A stretch of 63,645 nt of DNA, counting the filler, from Asterionella formosa (lineage: Eukaryota), in NCBI GenBank assembly GCA_002256025.1. It is 20 parts of 20 records of this genome, joined end to end, with 100 filler letters (N's around TTAATTAATTAA, not from the genome) between each part and the next. Parts side by side here need not be neighbours in the genome. Positions count along the whole stretch, not along the records: positions 46,408 to 48,060 come from NKIB01001626.1; positions 48,161 to 49,809 come from NKIB01001627.1; positions 49,910 to 51,558 come from NKIB01001628.1; positions 51,659 to 53,311 come from NKIB01001629.1; positions 53,412 to 55,059 come from NKIB01001630.1; positions 55,160 to 56,807 come from NKIB01001631.1; positions 56,908 to 61,898 come from NKIB01001632.1; 13 more parts are not named here. One strand, given 5' to 3'. How positions within the stretch are numbered: position 1 is the first letter of the stretch; each line of letters begins with the position of its first letter. Made by a program: the position numbers and the translations under genes. Shown here piece by piece: positions 46,871 to 59,854 of the stretch. The notes beneath the pieces are model-generated. The model searched no databases and had not been told where the DNA came from. It saw only the letters and a list, made by a program, of their open reading frames with translations.

Positions 46871-47149
46871 AATTTAAGATCAACGAACTTTAAGGAAGAC
46901 AACGACAACAGTTATCAAGTAGTACAATGTCGTCAAGAAACCATAAGAGGTCCATGGAAACAAGCGACATGTGGCAAATACTGCCGGTATTGAACAAAGA
47001 AGCAAGTTCCAAAATGAGTTTACAAAGAAAAAGCGAATAGGCGATTATCCAAAGCAACCCAATCGGCGATTGGAAGTTTATGGGGTAATACCCCATAGTC
47101 GATGGGGACACCATCAGCTACTAGTACAAAGGATCCCGTAATTGATACT

Positions 47150-48060
47150 GGGCGCGCTCTGATAATAAAAAATTATTATATCATGTGTGTATTATAACAC
47201 AAATTATTCTGGTGATCTGCTACATAATATCGTCCTTGCGCTCTGATATTAGAGATATTTTAGATAACTTCTCTGACATTATATATATTTTTAACTTTAA
47301 TTTTCAACAGTTAAATTTTCATATCGATGCATCCTCTTGTATGCTATGCCGCCTCTTGTTCATTATACGAATGAGTTCTATATATTCATCATCGTCGGTC
47401 ACTGACCATGTCGACTTTTATCCCATCTCCTGATGATGATGATGATGACATTATGATCACATTGCTACTGTTAGCAATGTGCTATCCACCAGTAAATAGG
47501 ACGCCATCGTTCAGGGAAAGTTTGACTGTTGATGAGGTCAGAAGAAGAAGTGGCAAAATCCGTCGCCACGCACTACAGCATCCATTATTGAGTCCATTCT
47601 GGACTTTGTTCAACAGCAAGCATGATGATGCTCTGATTACCTTGTGTGGGTTTGACCATGCTTCTTTCGAGCTCCTACACCAGCTGTTCAAACCTTGTTT
47701 TTTTTCCTTTACTCCCTGTAGGAAAAATACGGATTTCATTGTTAGAAATTCAACAACAAAGAAAGGTCTGCAAAGCAAGATACCTCTGTTCCATCAGTTG
47801 TCTAGCGCTTGGGTTAGCATGGACCAGGACTCGTGGTTCCTATATGATTCTTCAGATTATTTTCGGATTAACTCATGGTTCTTTGAGTGTTTGGTTGAGG
47901 TTTTCAAGGCGAATGATTGTAAAAGTACTGCTGACACATGAAGATGCCGTTGTGAGACTGCCTACTGCAGACGAAGCCACCTTGTTTCCAACCATGATCA
48001 ATCAGAAATACCCACTTATAACAAATTGTTGGGGAGCAATGGATGGTCTGAAACTGACCC
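47150..48060 (+). mobile_element. Second copy of the 29046 Harbinger element, 5' part with candidate terminus GGGCGCGCTCTGATA; frameshift near 47770
   Basis: 47268-48060 is nearly identical to 28905-29693; gcgctctgata recurs subterminally near 47238. Confidence 0.88.
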
Positions 48061-48160
48061 NNNNNNNNNNNNNNNNNNNNNNNNNNNNNNNNNNNNNNNN
48101 NNNNTTAATTAATTAANNNNNNNNNNNNNNNNNNNNNNNNNNNNNNNNNNNNNNNNNNNN

Positions 48161-48496
48161 GGAAAATGTTCATCTACCTCATCCAATTTGTCCCATCATT
48201 CCTCTTCTATGGTACAAATGGCAAATGCATTAGAGTGTTTTGAACGAGTAAATGCAGTGAAACTTCAAGTGCTTCAGTCTTCAGCAGGACCAAGACGCGA
48301 GAAAGAGATCCTAGATGTTCTGGATCTCTATAAAAGTCGTCTCAAGAATGCTCGGAAGGATTTGGAAGAGTTGGAGAATCATGGGTATGACTCCAATAAT
48401 TCTGATGTAGTTCAGGCTCAACTAGAAATTAGGATATGCAAGAGAAAGCGGGATCACTATTTTCATCTGCTTTCAGAAGGTGAAACATCAGATTAA
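48161..48496 (+). CDS. 3' end of a helical ORF convergent with the transposase, possibly Harbinger ORF2
   Basis: Coiled-coil-like 102+ aa; stop lies 46 bp from the transposase stop. Confidence 0.45.
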   Translation, partial: GKCSSTSSNLSHHSSSMVQMANALECFERVNAVKLQVLQSSAGPRREKEILDVLDLYKSRLKNARKDLEELENHGYDSNNSDVVQAQLEIRICKRKRDHYFHLLSEGETSD

Positions 48497-48542
48497 ATCC
48501 AACTAATTAATAAAATGTATATTTGTCTACATTAAATTTATT

Positions 48543-49809
48543 TCATGTAATTCTTTCCTTCTCCTCTCTATATTCACAGGAGGTCGTTGCACGCCCAAGG
48601 TTTGCAATCTGGTAAGAATCACATCTCGCATCACAGAGCTTCCAGGCAATATACACAATGGTTCCACAGTTGGCAAGTAGCCCCAACCAAGGGGTGACAA
48701 ACTGACTGGAATTATCTCTGTAAGTAGCTATTTGATTATCATCCATAATCTCGTTATCAATTATCTTCTCATTAATCACATAGTTATGAAGTCGAGCACA
48801 TGAATCAAGAATGCGTGCAGATGTTTCCAAGCTTGTCGATAGTTTTTTTTTAGAACACACCATTTTTTCTGAAGAAGACCAAATGCCATTTCTATTCTTA
48901 TCCTTAGCTGTGAAAGGAAAAAGTTAAATGTATCCTGTGTTGGATCATCACGTTGTGAGCCAACAAAGGTAACAAGCATTATATCAGACAATGTGTAAGC
49001 TGCATCGCCGACCAGATAAAAACCTGTGTTGAATGCTGCAACTCGATCGAAAATGGAAGTTCGTTCAAAAGCTACTTGGTCACTGCATTTTCCCGGTGCA
49101 ATTACACCAAAATAAATAAATCTTGAGTCAGCATCACAAACAGCCTGGACATTGATTCCATAAGTCATGTAGTGACCGGAAAAAATGAACCAGGGTTGTT
49201 GCCACTTTCAACTATAGTCGGGCGGTTGATGGTGGCTAGGAAGCCGTAAATAGCACCAACACATCCTCTCATCATGCCCTCTGAGCTTTTGCATTCAAAG
49301 CTGGAAGCCAATTTGATAAATTCTTCTTTTTCTTTTGGAAAAACAATTTCGAGTTCTCCACAGTTTAGTACAGCATCAATGAACAAATCACGACATAGAT
49401 AAAGTGAAGCAATGCTACAACCGTAGGCATGACAAATGTCGATGTAACTGCCACCAGCCAGCCATCGCAAACCAATGGCTACCACAATTTCGGGAATTAT
49501 GGGCTCAGAAGTGCCACATTTGGAATAATTCCCTGCAATCTGAATTTCCAGCATGGAGGTGAGTTTTTTGAATGCTCTGTGTGACATTCTGTATGTCTTC
49601 TCGAAAGCAATCTCGTGATTGAGTTTCTCGACATGTGATTGCCAGGAGATTCTTTCGTGGTGCCACTTGTGCCTTCGTTGTCGTCGTCGTTCAGATGACT
49701 GAAGCTGCCGTTTACAGCGTCGCCTTTGTCGTTTGGATGAGTGTTCTTTTTCCTCTGCTTCCTTAGCTAAATGACAGAGGAAGAAGAAATCAAGATCACT
49801 ACTGTCATC
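48543..49809 (-). mobile_element. PIF/Harbinger (HARBI1-like) transposase of a second family, inactivated
   Basis: F.K.YRMS..AF, LRWLAGGSY.D, GCVGAIYG (catalytic D replaced by Y), INVQAVCD, GDAAY and RIRIEMAFG motifs; several frameshifts. Confidence 0.92.
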
Positions 49810-49909
49810 NNNNNNNNNNNNNNNNNNNNNNNNNNNNNNNNNNNNNNNNNNNNTTAATTAATTAANNNNNNNNNNNNNNNNNNNNNNNNNNNNNNNNNNN
49901 NNNNNNNNN

Positions 49910-51558
49910 ATAAAAAGGATTCCCTTCAAAACACAAACAAGCGAGATCAGATTGAAATGAAGTGGCTCCATGAAGATGATTCCCCATTACGCAACTCACC
50001 TCAAAGTATTTCGCACTTGCGCTACCAATCATAAATGCAAAAGCAAGGATCACACTGGACATCGAAAGAAAAAACTTCAAGGGATCAATCTTCAATCTTG
50101 CCAAAATTATGCAAAAAAGAGTGAAATAGAACAAGCAGTTGATCATAAATTCTGTGGCGCGATCAATCTGAGATGAGCCATTGATTGATGCCCGAAGTAG
50201 GCGGAGCTTCTTGTACACGGCGTCCACGGATTTGACAAAATCTAGCATTGTGAGGTTTCCCTGACGATCCGGTCGGAACAACCGAATCAGATCTTTCATT
50301 TTATCAGAGTCAACGACTACTGCTGAAGGATCGTCGCCCAACTTTGCCAGTGAAGCAAGTGCATCAAACTCAAGAATACCACTAGTATTCTTTGGATTAT
50401 AGTGCATGAGTCGACGGTACACACCTTGCGAAGACTCGACGCAATGCGCCCTTGTGTCGGCAAGCCCGAAAGAGATAGAAAACGGGTATGACAAATCCAT
50501 AAACGCCAAAGACTGTCGGAATTGAAGGATTGCACTGATGGAAATATTTTGCTGCATCAGTCATTAGAACGGGAATAAGTGAGATTTTAAGAACATTCGC
50601 ACATTAAGGGAATGCAACAAACCGACATGGCTGCGTACCGGTTTACCAGGGTCCAATTCCGGTTCTTCCCATGCTTCCAAAAGCTCTAACATCTTGACCC
50701 GCCCAGAGCTGTCAGCAAAAGGATCCTGTCTCTCGATGTAAATGGTATCCTCTGTTTCTGAGACAGGGCTTCTGACACCCTCGGTTTCAATATGGGGACT
50801 GATATGGTTGCCTTGGCTGCCTTCGGAGTTGTCATCATCATCCCCCAAACCTGTACCATCAAATCCCTTCCAACTCCAATCGAAGTGTGTGCCACTCTTT
50901 TTATGACGTAGGCTACGCGAGTCCGCAACAACGGGATCTGTAGAACGTATTTCCAAGTCCCGTCCCAATAGTGACACCTGTCCAATTACGATCATCTGAT
51001 GAATCACCTTTGCTAGTTGGTTTCCATAAATAGCTAAGTTATTTGTAACAATACAAGTTAGCAACATGAGAGAATAAAGAAGAAGGATACCTGGCGTCGT
51101 TCGAACATACCGTAAGTGCGTTGGCCCAAGTAAAGCCCGACAAAGAATCTCTTCAAGGCTACAGCAAATCCCACGAAAATGGCATTCCATAGTAAAGTCC
51201 GGTTCCAATCGCCATTCGGAATGTCTCCAGAAGGATTTGCTGCATTGAACATGCCTATGCCCTTCTGATAGAAAAGCCAGTTCTCGGCAAACTGATTGTT
51301 CCCACTGTTGAGAATGATTGAGTAGATTGCCCAGACAGCTATTTGAAAAGGCCATCCTTTCGACTGAACAAACATCAGAGTCGGGATGGGACCCAACAAG
51401 CGAAGGACCACTCTTGTTTTCAGAGCCAAGAAATCAATAAGAAAAATGCCAGTAGCCTTGGCAAGCGAAAATGTGATAGCTTGCCGTATGATCAAAAAAT
51501 TAAGAAACCATGACATGGATGGACAGTCAGGTTTTGCCCCAGGGATATTACTGTTGCT
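49910..51558 (-). CDS. MscS-like mechanosensitive channel, internal multi-exon fragment with EF-hand-like loop (introns about 51034-51110, 50552-50638 and 49925-49999)
   Basis: Transmembrane helices; LFRPDRQGNLTMLDFVKSVD and LAFAFMIGSASAKYFE/GILF motifs of eukaryotic MSL proteins. Confidence 0.85.
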
Positions 51559-51658
51559 NNNNNNNNNNNNNNNNNNNNNNNNNNNNNNNNNNNNNNNNNN
51601 NNTTAATTAATTAANNNNNNNNNNNNNNNNNNNNNNNNNNNNNNNNNNNNNNNNNNNN

Positions 51659-53311
51659 TCCAGTCGAGAGGAGTGTGGAAAGTTGTCAAACGTGATACTG
51701 TTAAGAAGCGAACACTAAAAACGAGATGGGTGTTTCGAATTAAAGAAGATGTGTTAACCGGGAAGACCATTTACAAGGCAAGATTGGTCGTGAAGGGATA
51801 TGAGCAAATCCCAGGTGTCGATTTTACTGAGACATTCGCTCCAGTTGCAAGCGATGCGACAATCAAAACGGTACCTACTCGCAGTGACGATGTACAACGG
51901 TTGGCGAGCGGAGGCTATTGATGTGGAAGCAGCATTTCTAAATGCTGACGTCGATGAGGACATTTATATTGAGCCCCCTCAAGGTTTGGTCGGAGTCGAT
52001 TCCGATACACATATTTGCAAGCTTGTGAAGGCTATGTATGGGATAGTACAAGCTCCACGATGCTGGTCCAGGACGTTTGCGAAATGTGTCACCAATAAAC
52101 CAGGTATGACGAAGAGCAAGATCGACCCTATGTTATTTATGCACCGGAACAAGGTTGGACAAATTGATGGTCTACTTGTTAATTACGTGGATGACGGTTT
52201 TGTATGTGGGACTCCAAGTGCAGTGGAGTATATGAAAAATGTTATCAAGGAAGATTTCAATATTACCGAGCAGGGTATTCTACAGAAACACCTAGGAGTG
52301 GAATATGCTTGGAAAGAGGACAAGTATGGTGAATACTGGGAGGTGGAGATGAAGAAATTTCGTATGCAACTTCTACACGAATACGAGAAGTTGACCGGTA
52401 TGAAAATTAAGTCGTATGCAACGCCGGGCGTACCAGGAAAGACATTGAACAAGAATGACGGTGAAGTCATTATGGAAGAAGAATATCGAAAAATTGTGGG
52501 CAAGTTACTATGGTCTACAAAGAAGGATTCGCCGGACTGTACGAATGCGGTTCGGAAACTATCGGCTCATTTAAGCTGCCCAGGTGAAGAACAATGGCAT
52601 GCAGTGGCAAGAGTCATTGGTTACCTATCCAATATGGAGGATAGAGTTCTCAAGTTGCGTAAGCCAAAAGAGTTACCGGTAAGAGTCATTGCCTACGTGG
52701 ACAGTGACTGGGCTGATAATAAGGTTAACAGGAAGAGCACGACTGGCTATCTTGTTACTATTGGCGGGGCACTTATCAGTTGGCAGTCGAAGGGACAACA
52801 AACGGTTACGCTGTCCAGCACGGAAGCCGAGTATGTGGCGATGTCCCAGTGTGAACAAGAGATCAAGTTCATAGCAATGCTACTGAATGAGGTTACTGGT
52901 GGTAAGGTCATGTTACCAAGTATCCTACGAGAAGACAATACAGGAGCTATTTTTATCGCGAAGAATCAGCAAATCGGAACCTGGACAAAACATATTGATT
53001 TTAAGTATCATCATGTAAAGGACATGATTGAGGATGAAGAATTGGAAGTCATTTTTATAAGGTCGGAAGATAATTTTGCGGACATTATGACCAAGAACGT
53101 GAAGGAACAGATTCATACGAGATTGTCCGAACCAGTTCAGAGTGGAACGATGTTACAGCCTCTTGAGCGTGGCAATGGGGAGGATGTCAAGAATATTAGC
53201 CTGAGTCACAAGGATTGTGGACTCGATTGTAATCGAACGAGTCGAATATTGCATTGCCACGTCAATCAGCTGTCTAACGAGATCAGAGATTGAAGATTTC
53301 TATGGAAATGT
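51659..53311 (+). mobile_element. Ty1/copia reverse transcriptase plus RNase H, polypurine tract (53177-53184) and start of 3' LTR (TGTCAAG at 53185); +1 frameshift near 51875
   Basis: KARLVVKGYEQ, DVEAAFL, KAMYG..QAPR.W, YVDD, DSDWA, SSTEAEY, EDNTGA and ADIMTK motifs. Confidence 0.95.
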
Positions 53312-53412
53312 NNNNNNNNNNNNNNNNNNNNNNNNNNNNNNNNNNNNNNNNNNNNTTAATTAATTAANNNNNNNNNNNNNNNNNNNNNNNNNNNNNNNNN
53401 NNNNNNNNNNNC

Positions 53413-53633
53413 AAATCCATCTTGGTCATGTGGTGATCGAAGGAGCCAAGCCCGCCCTCTTTGATTCCTTGGCAGGAGCCTTAAGCACAGCACCCTTGTT
53501 CGCATTTTATGAAGGCCTGTGGTTCTTGGGGATAAACATGGCACTTCAGTTGCGAACTATTGAGCTAGTTGCAGAAAATACAGCAAGACTTTGCGCACAA
53601 GGCGCCGGAATGAGAATTTGTGAGACTCTGTAA
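53413..53633 (+). CDS. C-terminus of an Mpo1/DUF962-like membrane protein
   Basis: QIHLGH.VIEG.KPAL.DSL..AL..APLF.FYE.LWFLG matches the Mpo1 C-terminal pattern. Confidence 0.75.
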
Positions 53634-55159
53634 GATAATATTGAACAAGCAATCACTTTGGCTATCAACATAATTCCCTGGCACACAGTATCATTGTACA
53701 GAACGATATAAGGTTATGAATTTCATTTCCTTCAATCGCCTACTACACTAATATTGAAACAGAAATTTCATTTGGAACTTGTGATTTGTGGAAATATGAT
53801 ATTTCATGGATACCGGTATTTCTTTTAATGTGCTTCCCATATATATATATATATATACATATGCAAACCAAATTGCTGAGCTGATTATACTTGCCATGTT
53901 CTGTAATACAAAATTCCATATTTTTCTGAAAAAATCACAACAACTAGAAGATCAAAGCTTTCTGCCTCGCCCCGACCTAGGACATGTGTGTATTGTATTA
54001 TCGCAGAACTGGTGACAGTACCTGCTGAAGTAAAAGTACGACCTATGGGAATTGGTCGAGAGACGCAATTGGAGAAAACATTTCCTAATGGTATTGAGAT
54101 GGATACAGATTTTTTGCAGTATGTGGCGCAACAACATGAGCGAACAATCGAGGATTAGATCGAGGAATTGAGTCTCACGGACAGCCAAGGTGTGGCATGA
54201 CATATCGACCCATTTTAGAATGAATTTCACAAAACATTGATGAGCCGAGCGGCGAATTAGTAGCAGCTATCATGCGATTGTCACACTTGGGCAAGAAAAG
54301 ATTGAGACTATACCCAACGGAGAAGAATATCAAAAGGTGCGGTCCAGTTTTTCGAAAGGCCGTCCACCAGAAATCGACCCCAAACACTGCTCCAATTGAA
54401 GGCAGAAACAGCCAGTTGAACTATGACCACAAATATACTTGGAAACAAAATTTATTGGTTAAACTACCGGTAGTCTCATGAATTAATCTACTTTGAGCTT
54501 GGTTCCGAGTTTCTGTCTGCAATGAATTACCACTTTCTCTGTCAGCATTAGGTTGAGGATAGAATTTCGTAAATAATTCCACGTTGACACAATTAATATA
54601 TAGACGACCCCGCTTACTATTTATCAGAAACAGCATACTGTGTTGCCAAGGTGTTCTCTGCTTGGTCACCCAGATTCCAATGCATTGGCAGATCAAGTCC
54701 GCCAGAGTTGCTATAGGCTCTGTCACTTGTATGTACCGGTAGTTGACTGCGCAGCAATAATTACATTTGTGTTTCTTGTTAGGGAGAATGATTGGTTTCT
54801 TTCTCTTGCAGATGACGTAGTGTGTTCCCACAGCTTCGTTTCCGATCAATCAGTTCCGAGATTCATTGCTGTTTTTCCTATAGCGAGAATTCGTCACAGT
54901 TGCACTTGTCGTAGGAGCTTGAATTCCTTCCCTCCTGAGTCTTGGCAAGAAACTCATCAACTAGCGATTTCGAAGCGCGTCCAGTATCTACAGGTACTCA
55001 CGACAAGTGCTCTTTCATGTGACGAGAAAAGTGAAAGCCATAACATGTAGTGCGAACAGNNNNNNNNNNNNNNNNNNNNNNNNNNNNNNNNNNNNNNNNN
55101 NNNTTAATTAATTAANNNNNNNNNNNNNNNNNNNNNNNNNNNNNNNNNNNNNNNNNNNN

Positions 55160-56807
55160 GTCATTACCATTGAAGAGAGGGAGAACTTGGAGAAGAAGTT
55201 CAAGCCCGTAGCTATGGTTGTTGTGGAGCAAAAAGAGTTTCCAACTCCTATTGCTTGTATTCACTATCTGGTGACAAGTAACCATAACTCAACCCATGAT
55301 TTGCACAAGTACAAAGAACGTGGAATGGGTCGACTGCTGATCCAAGCTGCTACTCGTCTTCGTAACGATGAGGAGGCCTGGAACTGTGCATACCCAGGAT
55401 GTCCTTCCCAACATCAACCTGTTTTTGCGCAGGTGCTGGGCAATGCGGTTGAATGGTATAAATCCTTGGGATTTGTACACTGCAATCCTATTCCTTGGAT
55501 GGACAGGATCAATCATCCTCTTGAAACCCTTCTTCATGATGAGAGGAACAAGAACAATGGCGATGTTGATTCATACAATTATGGACCTGATATGCCAGAA
55601 CCAGCAAACTTCGAGACCTTTCCTATCGTGCGTTTGCGAACAAATATAGCTGGGAGTCTTCTTTCAGCCACTCATTATGATCTTCTTGATCATCAATTGG
55701 AAGAGCAAGCCTATGTGTACTCGATGTTTCTTCCCATTGGGGGTTTCATCTACAAGCAACCAAAAGGTATGTTTGTTTACTATATATGCTGTATTCATAT
55801 TCATTTATTCATTCACACATTTCTATTTTTGCATTCATCGCCTGACAGAGGTGATGAATGCAAAGGCAGCTATCAGATCAGAGTATGCCCGCTTGGAAGC
55901 GCCTTCTTATGCGCTCGGAAAGCGTGCGAAGAGAGGCACTTTGCAGAAGGCTGCTTCTATAGTTACAGCAGGATCAACACAGGCCCAATCCCGAGTGTTG
56001 CAGAAGAGTGTTCCAAAGAAAGCTGCAAAGACGAGGATGAAGGCTCCTCCAAGAGCTGTTGCTGCAAAAGCTGTTGCACTCAAGCCTTCTGCCAAGGCTA
56101 CTCCCAAGCATGATGCTACCAAAGCCATCACATCCAAGGCAGGTGCTTACAACGCTGCGAAGTCAACAGCCAGGAGCCGAGATGTTGCATCAATGCCTGT
56201 AACTAATCCTTACAAAGAATCTGAATCGGACTGCAAACCAGCCGCGATTCCCAGTAAAAAAGTATCGAAACCAGACTCTAAACCAGCTGCCATAAACAGG
56301 AAAACAGTATCCAAACCGGATTCCAAATCAGCTGCCACCTCCAGCAAATTGGTCTCCAAACCGGAGTCCCAAAAAGTTGCTGTGCCAATAATCAAGAAAC
56401 GATCAAAGGCTACCTGGCCCCCTTCTAGTTCTATTTCCAAGAAATCACGAATTTCTTCCAAGGACAATGATGTGATTAGTCTAACAGATGATGATAGTAG
56501 TGAGTCAAAGGCAACTGCCTCAAAGAATGACCTCCTCCATTGTGTCAATCCTGAACGACCTTCTGTTGTCAATTTCGACAAAAGTAACCAGAATGTGATC
56601 AAGCTGGAACTCATCCTGTCCCACCATGGGATAAGGTCGAAACAATTTGACCTAGCAGGAACTCTTGCTTCACGCCGAGCAATCACCACTCAAAGGCTCA
56701 GCTCTCAAGGCAGTTTCAAGGGTGTCACTAACACAGCAAATATTTCAAGCTTGCTCTATCAGGCTGATGCAGCCTACCACCAATTTCGTCAGGAGTGCTT
56801 GCAGTAT
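55160..56807 (+). CDS. Partial gene: GNAT-like acetyltransferase domain followed by a K/A/S/P-rich tail (intron 55767-55848)
   Basis: YKERGMGRLLI (motif A) and NAVEWYKSLGF (motif B); gtatgt...gacag intron joins the two ORFs in frame. Confidence 0.65.
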
Positions 56808-56907
56808 NNNNNNNNNNNNNNNNNNNNNNNNNNNNNNNNNNNNNNNNNNNNTTAATTAATTAANNNNNNNNNNNNNNNNNNNNNNNNNNNNNNNNNNNNN
56901 NNNNNNN

Positions 56908-57902
56908 GTGCAACGCACGTGCCCGCATCCAAGCAGCAGAAAGTCGGATCCTGTAAAGCGATAGAGCATGATGCCATGATTGCCGCCCTTGACAGCGATG
57001 TGGCATTCCTGCAGGATCACCTAGGCGGCACGCCTTTCCTTGCTGGTGCTTCGCGAGGCTTTGGATCCGATCTCGTCGATGGTGGCAGCCACGGAAGCAC
57101 CGCTACAAATGAGGTTAAACTGACAAAGAACACAAAACCTCCAAATATCGAAAGGCTGATAGCGTCCGGTTGGAACGAAGAATACTGTTTTTTTGGAAAT
57201 TCAGACGCCTACATGGTGCATCCATTCACGGCACGTGATCGTCAATTGCTTGAAGCCTTAGTCTCTGGCTCACGAGGCATGTCAATCTCTCTTGAGGATC
57301 GCCTTTCCCATACGGCCTACGACATAACCAAGGAGATAAACAACGAAATCGAGACACCGAGACTTGGAGGGAGTACGACTGCCAAAGCAGCCCAGGTTGT
57401 CTCAGACGAAGACATGCTCCTGCCGCAAGAGGCTCCTGTTTGTTTCATGGACCTTCCTGTGATGGTCTCGGAATTATCGTACTGCAAACGCTCACACGAC
57501 TGTGTTGCCAACGAATTATTAACTTGCCGGAAAAGAGCCAAGTTGGCAGCCAAAAATAGTTTCTTGTCGTCAGTTTTGTCAGACGAGGATCATGTTTCTT
57601 GCTTTCGGCGAGGAGTTACTCGAGTAGTTGATAGCGTCCTTCCAAATGATAGACTGGATGAAGCAATGATCCTAGACTATTTCCCGTTCCTATCCAGAAT
57701 GGCTTCCTCCGAACGCATCTCTGACTTTGCCTTTGATAAACAATTACCAGAGGACAAATCTGCTGGCCGTCGTGTGACTCGGCGCAACAAAGCAGTTCAT
57801 CGCAAACACTACTTTGCCAGCCTTAATGTGGCGCTGCAAGAAGGTCACGAAACGGCCCAAGTTCTTGGTTCCAAGTTTGCTGACAACATTTTGCGATTTT
57901 AA
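56908..57902 (+). CDS. C-terminal part of an ATAD5/Elg1-like clamp-unloader subunit
   Basis: LDYFPFL..M...E......RR..RR....HYF resembles the ATAD5 C-terminus; AAA domain not in this contig. Confidence 0.55.
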
Positions 57903-58102
57903 CAAAATAACACATGGGCTCATACGCTCTCAGCAACTTTGTTTTGGTGATGAGTGGATGGAGTACGATTCTCCGCTCCTCCTGATAGGCTGTAAAAATA
58001 AAGTTTAAACAATTGACGAGGTTCATGGGAATGTCGTCGAAGGGCCTTTAAAGTTCATGATCATGTTTAGGTAGTTAGAAGTCGCCTACCATGCCTTTAA
58101 TC

Positions 58103-59446
58103 TTAACCGTGACGAGATATCGGAGAATAAGTTCCATTCCGACAATATCCCAACGTCCAATCGTCATCGTGATAATGGGGCACGGAATAACCCAAGTCTT
58201 TATCGAGCGATTGTCTAACCCGAAACCACTCCGTAAGGACATCTCGGCATCGCTCTGGTGATGCACTTGGCAGTTCACAGTACCAAGGATCTGGACAAGC
58301 GGCAAAATGAGCTAATTTCATGTCCTCCAGTGGCGTAATACGGCAATCTTCACATGTTTCTTCTCCTGTCCAACATTTTCCTCTGTGGTTCCTGGGTTCA
58401 TCGTAAATCAAATTGTTGTAAATGCATCGATTGACTTCAACAGCATGTTCTGGGTGCAGGTCAGAGTATATGTATGCCATGAAACCTTGAATTTGAGCTG
58501 CTCCATAGAAGCCGCCAATCCGAGAATTTTCCCAGCCAGTCTTGTCATTGTAGTTGCCTCGTTGGATAATGTCAATCATTTCTTCGAATAAGGAAATGTT
58601 AGGTCGAACTATGAAGAAGCCCCCCTGGAACGCATACTTCAATGGCTGGTCCACGGCCAAAGGATTATTTTGGATGTAATCCCGCGTGAAGAAAACATCA
58701 ACACGATTGGGTATAGTATCATTTCTAGGCCTTTGAATGCTTGTATGAGACGAAGCATCCTGACTCAGCATGGCATCATAAAGTTCATCCATTGGCTGAA
58801 GCATGATTATATCATAGTCCAAATGAACGACGATGTCTTCCTGCAGCGTGTACACATAAAGTTTGAGAAATTCTCTAGCACCACAGCAGCCACTGCCAAA
58901 TTTAATTAAGCGAGCGTACTCTTTCGATTGCACGTCCTTGGGATTCACCGGAGAGTCACGTTCTAGGATAGTATAGTCGTTCAAGTGTTCCTTGACGCAG
59001 TCCAAAGAAGACGGATGAACAATAGCATACAACTTGTAGTCATACTTCGAGTGCTCGTGTGATCTCGCAATGGAATGTGCCAGAATGGATGGCCCTTCAG
59101 TGACACCGTGTATATTTGCTGTGTTTGCTTTTCCCGATGGGCAAAATGCAATTGATGTCGCATATCCAATAGTTGTTCTTTTTGTATGTTTTATGCTTGT
59201 TGTTTCCGTGGTCGAGATTGTTGTAGCAGGAAGGTATTGCTTCTGCTGCGCACTAGGAATCTCGTTTGTATCCGCCGTTTTAATAGATGCCCGAAGGTCC
59301 ACACGAACGGTTAGTCCAATGGATAGTAGGATCATTCCAGAGAACGGCATCAAAATCATGAGCACCCAAAGCTTCCATTTTACATTTTCGCGAGCAGTTT
59401 TTTGAAAATTTTTCCCACGAGAGATGACGTTGAGCGCCTGTGCCAT
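58103..59446 (-). CDS. Type II membrane glycosyltransferase, GT8-like
   Basis: N-terminal TM helix; GCCG..EFLKL..YTL, VHLDYD (DxD), QGGFF.VRP and HF..C..PW.C motifs; start uncertain (59446 or 59485). Confidence 0.8.
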   Translation of the reverse strand: MAQALNVISRGKNFQKTARENVKWKLWVLMILMPFSGMILLSIGLTVRVDLRASIKTADTNEIPSAQQKQYLPATTISTTETTSIKHTKRTTIGYATSIAFCPSGKANTANIHGVTEGPSILAHSIARSHEHSKYDYKLYAIVHPSSLDCVKEHLNDYTILERDSPVNPKDVQSKEYARLIKFGSGCCGAREFLKLYVYTLQEDIVVHLDYDIIMLQPMDELYDAMLSQDASSHTSIQRPRNDTIPNRVDVFFTRDYIQNNPLAVDQPLKYAFQGGFFIVRPNISLFEEMIDIIQRGNYNDKTGWENSRIGGFYGAAQIQGFMAYIYSDLHPEHAVEVNRCIYNNLIYDEPRNHRGKCWTGEETCEDCRITPLEDMKLAHFAACPDPWYCELPSASPERCRDVLTEWFRVRQSLDKDLGYSVPHYHDDDWTLGYCRNGTYSPISRHG

Positions 59447-59854
59447 TTTTTGTCTGGTTGATTCAGTTTTGTAATTATTTATCATTGCTTCCTTTAATGA
59501 ATGTAGAGAGGCCCCACAGCCGACCATTATCTGGTAGTCTACCAAGTACTTTCTAGATCTATATGTATGATATGCTGCAATGAACAATGGGTTCTTTCTA
59601 AAATGTTGGTGTTTCTGATGATAAAATCTATGATGTGAGAACAAACAGATGCATCGAGCTGTCGAACTGCGTATGTACCAGTTCCTGGTGTGTAATATTG
59701 CATGGCTGATGGATAATCTTCATGTCCGAATATGTGCATAATGCTGTGCATTGTGAGCTGCTCAAAGGCACCCGGCAGCAGTTCTTTGCAACTATATTAG
59801 TCCTGCCGCACTGATGACTAATACAGAACACAAATCCAATTGGACAGTGGCATC

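Noticed and set aside
34160..53311. One copia element spanning gag-PR and RT-RH
   Set aside because: Separate contigs; linkage cannot be shown
53950..55059. Several overlapping short ORFs
   Set aside because: No coherent frame or motif; probably decayed repeat
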